A DNA stretch of 32,305 bases. Origin: Candidatus Rokuibacteriota bacterium. GTDB lineage: Bacteria > Methylomirabilota > Methylomirabilia > Rokubacteriales > DASRDR01. Location: positions 1-32,305 of the forward strand of contig JBIOTN010000126.1 in assembly GCA_044866005.1 (NCBI GenBank). The letters are read 5' to 3'. Within the stretch, counting starts at the first letter, position 1. Each line of letters opens with the position of its first letter. Both the position numbers and the translations under genes were made by a program. Positions 25,577 to 32,305 of this stretch are shown piece by piece. Below the pieces are notes generated by a model, which made no database searches, was not told the DNA's origin, and saw only the letters and a program-made list of their open reading frames with translations.

Positions 25577-26155
25577 GTGATGACCGGGAGCCGCGAGGAG
25601 CGAGCCCGAGTCCTGGAGGTCCTCCGAAAGATCCTCCAGTCGATCGGCTCGGTCCGGGACGAGTGGGAGATCTTCGAGACCGCCGTCCGGGAAAGCGCGC
25701 GCCAGCTCCAGTACGACTGGGTGAGCCTCGTCCTGGAAGACCTCGACGAGCGCACCGCCCGCGTCTTCCTCTCCACCCCGCCCGCCTCGGGCGCCCTGCG
25801 GGTCGGCGAGATGGTGGACGCCCGCTCCGGGTTCTGGGAGGCGATGCGCACGGGGCGGCCGTTCGTGCGGGAGTCCTTCGACCGCGGCGGACCCATGTGG
25901 GAGGATGGCGCGCTCCGGCAGCTCGGCATCACGGCGTACGCGGCGATCCCGCTCACCTTGCGGGGCAAGGTGATCGGCACGTTCAACGTCGGCACGCGCG
26001 AGGCGACGGGGCTCGCCGCCGGCATCGGCCTCATGACGCAGCTCGCGGAGTTCCTGGCCAACGCCGTGCTCGCGGCGCGGCTGATCGGCGAAGTGCGACA
26101 GGGGCTCTCGCGGCTCCGCGACAAGGCGGCGACCCCGCCGCCGCCTCAGCTCTGA
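25577..26155 (+). CDS. Stand-alone GAF domain protein
   Basis: GITAYAAIPLTLRGKVIGTFNV and QLAEFLANAV GAF signature; GGAGG upstream. Confidence 0.8.
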   Translation: MMTGSREERARVLEVLRKILQSIGSVRDEWEIFETAVRESARQLQYDWVSLVLEDLDERTARVFLSTPPASGALRVGEMVDARSGFWEAMRTGRPFVRESFDRGGPMWEDGALRQLGITAYAAIPLTLRGKVIGTFNVGTREATGLAAGIGLMTQLAEFLANAVLAARLIGEVRQGLSRLRDKAATPPPPQL

Positions 26156-26166
26156 CGGCCCGGCGC

Positions 26167-27351
26167 ATGCCCGGGGTCTTCGCCGGCGTCCGGATCCTGG
26201 ATCTCTCGCGCCTCCTGCCCGGCGCCTACTGCTCGCTGCTCTTCGCGGACCTCGGCGCCGAGGTGATCAAGGTCGAGGAGCCCGGGATCGGCGACTACGC
26301 GCGCGCCACCAAGCCGTTCTACGGCGACTCGCGCACGGGAGCCTACTTTCTCCTCCTGAACCGCAACAAGAAGAGCCTCTCGCTGAACCTCAAGACGGAC
26401 GCCGGCAAGGAGGTCTTCCGCCGGCTCGTCGAAACCGCCGACGTCGTGCTGGAGAGCTTTCGCCCGGGTGTGATGGACCGGCTCGGTCTCGGCTGGCGAG
26501 CGCTCTCGGCGCTGAACGCGCGGCTCGTCTACTGCGCGCTCTCCGGCTACGGGCAGGATGGGCCCTACCGCGACCTCGTGGGCCACGACCTGAACTACAT
26601 GGGCTATGCGGGCGCGCTTTCCGTCACCGGGCCGCGGGGCGGCCCGCCGGTCATGCCCGGCGTGCAGGTCGCCGACCTCGGCGGCGGCGCCCTGCTCGCC
26701 GCCTTCGCCATCGCCGCCGCGCTCTACCACCGGCGCGAGGGCGGCCGCGGCCAGTTCGTGGACGCGGCGATGACGGACGGCGTCGTGTCGTGGCTCGTGC
26801 CGTATCTCGGCGCATTTCTCGCGAGCGGCGGCCTCCCCGGACGGGGCGAGGAGCGGCTGAACGGGGGCTGGGTCTGCTACCAGGTCTTCGAGGCGGCCGA
26901 CGGCCGCTACGTGACGCTCGGCGCCCTCGAGCCGAAGTTCTGGGCCAACTTCTGCCGGCTGATCGGGCGTGAGGACCTCGTGCCGCTCCAGCAGGCGGAA
27001 GGGGAGACGCGCGACCGCGTGGAGCGGGAGCTGCGGGCGATCTTCCGCGCGCGCCCGCGCGACGAGTGGGTCCGCCTGCTGCACTCGGCAGACGTCTGCG
27101 CCGGCCCCGTCCTGTCGCTGGACGAGGTGGTCCGGGATCCCCAGCTCACCCAGCGCGGGCTCTTCCAGGAGCTCCCGCACCCGAGGATCGGGCGGCTGCC
27201 CCAGGTGGCGTTTCCCGTCAAGCTGTCGGAGACGCCGGGGCGGATGGAGATGGCGCCGCCCGACCTCGGCGCGCACACGGACGAGCTCCTGACGTCGCTC
27301 GGGTACGACGCGGAGGCGATCGCGGCGTTCCGGCGCGACGGCGTGGTGTAG
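26167..27351 (+). CDS. CoA-transferase family III (CaiB/BaiF)
   Basis: RILDLSRLLPG, DLGAEVIKVE, NRNKKS, ESFRPGVMDRLGL, GHDLNY, PDLGAHT. Confidence 0.96.
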   Translation: MPGVFAGVRILDLSRLLPGAYCSLLFADLGAEVIKVEEPGIGDYARATKPFYGDSRTGAYFLLLNRNKKSLSLNLKTDAGKEVFRRLVETADVVLESFRPGVMDRLGLGWRALSALNARLVYCALSGYGQDGPYRDLVGHDLNYMGYAGALSVTGPRGGPPVMPGVQVADLGGGALLAAFAIAAALYHRREGGRGQFVDAAMTDGVVSWLVPYLGAFLASGGLPGRGEERLNGGWVCYQVFEAADGRYVTLGALEPKFWANFCRLIGREDLVPLQQAEGETRDRVERELRAIFRARPRDEWVRLLHSADVCAGPVLSLDEVVRDPQLTQRGLFQELPHPRIGRLPQVAFPVKLSETPGRMEMAPPDLGAHTDELLTSLGYDAEAIAAFRRDGVV

Positions 27352-27354
27352 GGC

Positions 27355-28344
27355 ATGACCGAGCGCGGGCTCGAGCTGGTCGATCGCATGCTGGCCGGCG
27401 ACCGCCTCGCCCTCGCCCGGCTCATCACCCTCGTCGAGAACCGCTCGCCGCTCGTCCCCGAGATCATGCGCCGCATCCACCCGCGGACCGGCCAGGCCTA
27501 CACCGTCGGGCTGACGGGCCCGCCGGGCGCGGGGAAGAGCACGCTGGTGGACCAGGTGACGGCGCGGCTCCGGACCGGCGAGGCGCCGGTCGGCATCATC
27601 GCGGTCGATCCCACGAGCCCCTTCACCGGCGGCGCGGTCCTGGGCGACCGGATCCGCATGCAGACCCACACCCTGGACCCGGGCGTCTTCATCCGGAGCA
27701 TGGCGACGCGGGGCAGCGTCGGCGGGCTGGCCCGCGCCACCGCTGGCGTGCAGAAGCTCCTCGACGCGTTCGGCGAAGCCTGGATCATCGTGGAGACGGT
27801 GGGCGTGGGGCAGACCGAGCTCGACGTCATCAAGCTCGCGGACACGACCGTCGTCGTGCTCGTCCCCGAGTCCGGCGACGCGATCCAGACGATGAAGGCG
27901 GGCCTCCTCGAGGTCGCCGACATCTTCGTCGTGAACAAGGCCGACCGGGAGGGGGCGCAGTCCCTGATGACGGAGCTTCGCTACATGGTCCACCTCCACG
28001 CCAGCGGCCAGCAGGCCTCGCGCGGGCTGGCCTGGGAGGTGCCCGTGCTCGGCACCGTGGCGGCCGCCGGCACGGGCGTGGAGGAGCTCCTCGCCGCCGT
28101 CACCCGCCACCGCGCGGCGCTCCAGGCGACCGGCGAGCTCGAGCGGCGGCGTCAGGCCCGGCGCGCCCGGGAGCTGCGCGACCTCATCGTGGCCGAGCTC
28201 CGCCGCGAGGTCGAGCGCGCGCTCGCCGACGGCGGGCCGCTCGAGTCGCTGCTGGCGGACGTGGAGGCCGGACGGCTCGACCCCTACAGCGCGATCGCGG
28301 AGATCCTCGACCGCCTCCGCCTGTTCCCCGGGGCCACGCTGTAG
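27355..28344 (+). CDS. meaB: Methylmalonyl-CoA mutase-associated GTPase MeaB
   Basis: GPPGAGKST, VDPTSPFTGGAVLGDRIRM, ETVGVGQ, NKAD. Confidence 0.96.
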   Translation: MTERGLELVDRMLAGDRLALARLITLVENRSPLVPEIMRRIHPRTGQAYTVGLTGPPGAGKSTLVDQVTARLRTGEAPVGIIAVDPTSPFTGGAVLGDRIRMQTHTLDPGVFIRSMATRGSVGGLARATAGVQKLLDAFGEAWIIVETVGVGQTELDVIKLADTTVVVLVPESGDAIQTMKAGLLEVADIFVVNKADREGAQSLMTELRYMVHLHASGQQASRGLAWEVPVLGTVAAAGTGVEELLAAVTRHRAALQATGELERRRQARRARELRDLIVAELRREVERALADGGPLESLLADVEAGRLDPYSAIAEILDRLRLFPGATL

Positions 28345-28535
28345 GGCGATGTCGGACCAGACGCCGCCCACCTCGCTCGTCGCCTTGCGCTTCCCGCCGA
28401 AGCCCTCCGAGCGCGGGCTTTGCCCGCGCAACGCTCCGGGGGGAGGGATCGGAGGGGGGCGTAAGCCCCCCGCCGAAGACATCCTCGACCGCCTCCGCCT
28501 GTTCCCCGGGGCGACGCTCTAGCGCGATGCCGGAC
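28303..28535. repeat. 55 bp direct repeats (28303-28357, 28481-28535) of the meaB 3' end flanking a two-hairpin element (28406-28476, minus)
   Basis: 51/55 identical; element TCGGCGGGGGGC-TTAC-GCCCCCCTCCGA ... GCGCGGGC-AAA-GCCCGCGC-TCGGA. Confidence 0.9.
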
Positions 28536-28573
28536 GGTGCCGGGTCGCGTCGCTCGGGCCAGGGAGCCGCGCG

Positions 28574-30124
28574 CTGTCCCTGACGCGGCCGACCGCGCGG
28601 CGCGCCCGGGGCTGCGGCCTCGGGCTCCTCGCGGGCGGACTCCTGCTGCTCCCGGCGGCCGGCGCGCGCGGTCACGCCGGCGACACCGTCGTCGTCCGGA
28701 TGCAGCCCGGCCAGTTCGCGCCTCGCGCGGTGACCATCCGGCAGGGCGACACGGTCGTCTTCGAGAACCGCGACGGCAAGGCCCGCTGGCCGGCCTCGAA
28801 CATCCATCCCACGCATCACATCTACCCCGACTTCGATCCACGCGCCGCGGTGCCGCCAGGCGGGACGTGGGGCTTCACCTTCGCCCGGGTCGGCGTCTGG
28901 AACTTCCACGATCACCTGGACCCGGACGTGGCCGGCTCCGTCGTCGTCGAGCCCGACCCGCACCTGGCGGGCGAGTCCTGGCCGCGGCGGCTCCTGAGTG
29001 CCGTCGCGAACGGCGCCCTGTCGGGCTACCGCGCGGCGAGGACGCGCCTCGTGCTCCTCTACTACGGGCTCTTCCCGGGACGGCTGGCGCGCGCGCGCGA
29101 GTCGCTCGACATCCGGCGCGTCGCGGACGACGACGAGGCGCTCGTGGTGTGGCTCCAGCTCCTCGGCCCGCGGGCGCTGATCGGTCGTCTCGTCCGCGAT
29201 TCCGACGGCGGGCGGGTGTTCGACTGCCACCAGCCCGCCCATCGGATCGGGCGCGTCGCCTACGAGGTCCTCGGCGCGGCGATGTTCGAGCACGGCGACA
29301 TGTCGTGCAACGCCGGGTACTACCACGGGGCCATGGAGGCGTTCCTCGCCGAGCGTGGCACGGCGGACCTCGCGGCCGCGGTCCACGCGCTGTGCGAGCG
29401 ACTCGGGACACCCTTCGCCCGCTACTCCTGCCTGCACGGCGTCGGGCACGGCGTGCTGGCGTACGAGAGCTACGACCTGCCGCGCGCCCTCGCCACGTGC
29501 GCGCGGCTCCCCACGGCGTACGTCCAGCGCTCCTGCTACTCGGGGGTGTTCATGGAGAACGTGATGGTGGCGCTCGGCGTCGGGGTGCTGCCCGGGCACC
29601 GGACGAGCTGGATCAGCCGGACGGATCTCCACGTCCCGTGCAACCAGGTGGGGGACGACTACCGGGTGCGCTACCACTGCTACCACTTCCAGACGAGCTG
29701 GATGCTCGCCGTGTACGGCGGCGACTTCGACCGGGTCGCCGCCGAGTGCCTCCGCGCGCGGCCCGACATGGTGCCGGTCTGCTTCGACAGCTTCGGCCGC
29801 GACGCCGCGACGCAGGCGCGCCGCGACCCGGCGCGGACGCTCGCCCTCTGCGCGAAGGCGCCGAGCGCGCCCGGCTACTACGCGAAGTGCCTGACGGGCG
29901 CGGTCCCCGTGTTCACGGACGTCTGGGGGCAGGAGCTGGGCGGCCAGGCCACCGCGCTCTGTCGTCTCGCGCCCGCCCACGGGAAGGCGCCCTGCTACAC
30001 GGCCCTGTTCAACCGCGTCGTCGAGCTCTTCCCGTCGCCGGCGGCCCGCCGTCAGATCTGCCAGGGGTTCGAGCCGCCGTACGACCGCTTCTGCGACGCC
30101 GCCGCGGCCGGGCGCCCGTCCTGA
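28574..30124 (+). CDS. Secreted cupredoxin-domain protein with Cys/His-rich helical repeats
   Basis: FAPRAVTIRQGDTVVFEN, WPASNIHPTH, GVWNFHDHL; CHQPAH, CNAGYYHG, CLHGVGHG, CYSGVFMEN; first ATG is 28700 but an in-frame signal peptide begins near CTG 28574. Confidence 0.75.
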   Translation: MSLTRPTARRARGCGLGLLAGGLLLLPAAGARGHAGDTVVVRMQPGQFAPRAVTIRQGDTVVFENRDGKARWPASNIHPTHHIYPDFDPRAAVPPGGTWGFTFARVGVWNFHDHLDPDVAGSVVVEPDPHLAGESWPRRLLSAVANGALSGYRAARTRLVLLYYGLFPGRLARARESLDIRRVADDDEALVVWLQLLGPRALIGRLVRDSDGGRVFDCHQPAHRIGRVAYEVLGAAMFEHGDMSCNAGYYHGAMEAFLAERGTADLAAAVHALCERLGTPFARYSCLHGVGHGVLAYESYDLPRALATCARLPTAYVQRSCYSGVFMENVMVALGVGVLPGHRTSWISRTDLHVPCNQVGDDYRVRYHCYHFQTSWMLAVYGGDFDRVAAECLRARPDMVPVCFDSFGRDAATQARRDPARTLALCAKAPSAPGYYAKCLTGAVPVFTDVWGQELGGQATALCRLAPAHGKAPCYTALFNRVVELFPSPAARRQICQGFEPPYDRFCDAAAAGRPS

Positions 30125-30179
30125 CCCTCGCGAGCTCGACCCTCCCGAGCTTGACCCTCCCACACGTGCATGGTCTAAT
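30121..30179 (+). promoter_or_regulatory. Sigma70 promoter with 15 bp tandem repeats overlapping -35
   Basis: TTGACC (30151)-17 bp-TCTAAT (30174) with TGg; units CTGACCCTCGCGAGC, TCGACCCTCCCGAGC, TTGACCCTCCCACAC. Confidence 0.55.
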
Positions 30180-30197
30180 CGCGCGAGACGGCTGACG

Positions 30198-32183
30198 ATG
30201 CCCGCCTACGACGTGCCCTTCCGCGACACCTTCTGGAACGTGCCGACCTGGGCGCAATTTCTCCTCTACACCCTGTCGGTGGTCGCCGTCGGCGTCTTCG
30301 CGCTCGGGCTCTGGCAGCGCGTCGCGCTCTGGCGGGAGGGCAAGCCCGAGCGCCGGTGGGAGCGCTGGCCCGAGCGCGTCCGCCTGCTCCTCCGCCACGC
30401 CGTGCTCCAGCAGCGCACGCTGACCCAGCGCTATCCGGGCGTCATGCACGCGCTCATGTTCTGGGGGTTCTGCGTCCTGTTCCTGGGAACCGTGCTCGCC
30501 ACGCTCGACTACGACGTGGCGATGCCGCTCGGGGTGAAGCTCCTGCGCGGCCCGTTCTACCTGGCCTACGAGCTGAGCCTCGACTTCTTCGGGCTCTTCT
30601 TCGTCATCGGCCTCGGCCTGGCCCTCTACCGCCGCTTCGGGGTCCGGCCGGCCCGCCTGGACCCCACGCCGCACTTCGCGCTCGTCCTCGCCCTCCTGTT
30701 CGCGATCAACGTCACGGGCTTCGTCCTCGAAGCCTGCCGCCTGGCGGTCACGCAGCCGTGGTGGGGGCGCTGGTCGCCGGTCGGCTGGGCGCTGGGGCGC
30801 GCGTTCCTCGCGGCCGGGATGACGGAGCCGGCGCTCCGGGGCCTGCACCTCGGCACGTGGATCTTCCACTTCGTGGTCTCGTTCCTCTTCATCGCCATCA
30901 TCCCGTACTCGTACTTCGTCCACCTCGTGACGACCCCGCTCAACATCTTCTTCGCGCGGCTCCGGCCCCAGGGCGAGCTCCTGCCCATCCTCGACATCGA
31001 GGAGGCCGAGTCGCTCGGCGTCTCCCGGATGGAGGAGTTCTCCTGGAAGCGGCGGCTCGACTTCGACGCCTGCACCATGTGCGGGCGCTGCCAGGCGGCC
31101 TGTCCCGCGTATCTCGCCGGCACGCCGCTCAACCCGAAGCAGATCATCCTGAAGCTCCGGGACCTCATGCACCACCCGGACGGGCGGGCGATCCACGGCG
31201 ACACGATCGCGGCGGGCGAGCTGTGGGCGTGCACGACGTGCAACGCCTGCGTCGAGGCGTGCCCGGCCTTCATCGAGATCCTGGACACGATCGTGGACCT
31301 TCGCCGTTACCTCGCCCTCTCCGAGGGGGCGCTGCCGCCGACGGCCGGGACGAGCCTCCAGAACATGCAGCGGTCGGGCAACCCCTGGGGGCTCGCCGCC
31401 GCGGACCGCTTGGCCTGGGCCCAGGGCCTGGAGCTGCCGCGCCTCGAGGCCGGCCAGGAGGTCGAATACCTCTACTGGGTCGGCTGCTCGGCGTCGTACG
31501 ACCGCCGGAACCAGAGCATCGCGCGCGCCGTGGTGAAGATCCTCCGGGCGGCCGGCGTCTCGTTCGCCGTGATGGCGGAGGAGAAGTGCAACGGCGACGC
31601 CGCCCGCCGCCTGGGCGAGGAGTACACCTACCAGACGCTCGCCACCGAGAACGTGGAGAACCTCAAGCGGTATCGCTTCCGCAAGGTGATCACGGCCTGC
31701 CCCCACTGCTTCAACACGCTGGGGAACGAGTACCGGCAGTTCGGCGGGACGTTCGAGGTCCGGCACCACTCCGTGGTGATCGCGGAGCTGATCCGCGACG
31801 GTCGCCTGCGCCTGACCCGGCCGCGGGAGGAGCTGATCACCTACCACGACTCCTGCTACCTCGGGCGCTTCAACGGACTCTTCGACGCGCCGCGCGAGAG
31901 CCTCGCGTCGATCCCGGGCCTCCGGCTCACCGAGATGCCGCGCAGCCGGAACAAGGGGCTCTGCTGCGGGGGCGGCGGGGGCCACATGTGGATGGAGGTG
32001 CGGGGAGAGCGGCGGATCAACGAGATCCGTGTGGAGGAGGCGCTGGCGACGGAAGCGACGACGGTCGGGACCGCCTGTCCCTTCTGCATGGCGATGGTGG
32101 ACCTCGGGCGGAAGGTGAAGGGCGCCGAGGACCGGCTCCAGGTCAAGGACATCTCGGAGCTCGTGGCGGAGGCCCTGGCGTGA
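30198..32183 (+). CDS. Membrane Fe-S oxidoreductase, FadF/HdrD-like (NarI-like TM domain, 2x[4Fe-4S], CCG domains)
   Basis: CTMCGRCQAACP, CTTCNACVEACP, WVGC, ACPHC, YHDSCYLGR, CCGGGGG, ACPFC. Confidence 0.93.
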   Translation: MPAYDVPFRDTFWNVPTWAQFLLYTLSVVAVGVFALGLWQRVALWREGKPERRWERWPERVRLLLRHAVLQQRTLTQRYPGVMHALMFWGFCVLFLGTVLATLDYDVAMPLGVKLLRGPFYLAYELSLDFFGLFFVIGLGLALYRRFGVRPARLDPTPHFALVLALLFAINVTGFVLEACRLAVTQPWWGRWSPVGWALGRAFLAAGMTEPALRGLHLGTWIFHFVVSFLFIAIIPYSYFVHLVTTPLNIFFARLRPQGELLPILDIEEAESLGVSRMEEFSWKRRLDFDACTMCGRCQAACPAYLAGTPLNPKQIILKLRDLMHHPDGRAIHGDTIAAGELWACTTCNACVEACPAFIEILDTIVDLRRYLALSEGALPPTAGTSLQNMQRSGNPWGLAAADRLAWAQGLELPRLEAGQEVEYLYWVGCSASYDRRNQSIARAVVKILRAAGVSFAVMAEEKCNGDAARRLGEEYTYQTLATENVENLKRYRFRKVITACPHCFNTLGNEYRQFGGTFEVRHHSVVIAELIRDGRLRLTRPREELITYHDSCYLGRFNGLFDAPRESLASIPGLRLTEMPRSRNKGLCCGGGGGHMWMEVRGERRINEIRVEEALATEATTVGTACPFCMAMVDLGRKVKGAEDRLQVKDISELVAEALA

Positions 32184-32305
32184 GCGTCGGCCCGCGACGC
32201 GAGTTGCCGCCGCGACGCGACCAGTGGTCGCCACGCGTCGCGCCGCCGCGGGTGGCGCCGGCGGCGCCCCGCAGCCGGCCGGGCGAAGTGGGACCCCTTC
32301 GCGCT

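Noticed and set aside
32184..32305. CGCGACGCG direct/inverted repeats after the last gene
   Set aside because: Possible hairpin but short, GC-only and truncated by the window edge.
1..32305. Search for tRNA, rRNA, CRISPR arrays, riboswitches, integrases or transposases
   Set aside because: None recognisable by eye; a covariance-model scan would be needed to exclude riboswitches.

Overview
Very GC-rich (roughly 70-75% by eye) bacterial chromosomal segment with about 28 credible protein genes. Gene content and repeat style suggest a Rokubacteria/Methylomirabilota-like lineage (inference, not tested). Order: alpha/beta hydrolase; sugar ABC permeases and binding lipoprotein; secreted Asp-box propeller/Ig protein; dihydropyrimidinase-like enzyme; BtuF-like protein; GT39-like glycosyltransferase; GNAT; ferritin-like protein; hybrid histidine kinase; BON lipoprotein; rpiB; nrdR; 2-hydroxyacid dehydrogenase; EamA transporter; B12 radical SAM; PyrE-like PRTase with a small Zn-finger gene; tsaB-rimI; diheme cytochrome c and cytochrome c'; GAF protein; CoA-transferase III; meaB; cupredoxin/Cys-His protein; FadF/HdrD-like oxidoreductase. 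I saw no tRNA, rRNA, CRISPR or transposase. Three signals stand out. (1) A divergent promoter island (18780-19215) carries two unannotated micro-ORFs: MAKKKKAGKKRK, with its own promoter, SD and hairpin, ahead of the EamA gene, and an 18-aa ORF ahead of the radical SAM gene, with an NrdR-box-like site midway. (2) A dispersed two-hairpin repeat has two copies lying between 52-55 bp diverged direct repeats of host gene ends. (3) The diheme cytochrome has a contracted CxCH heme motif.
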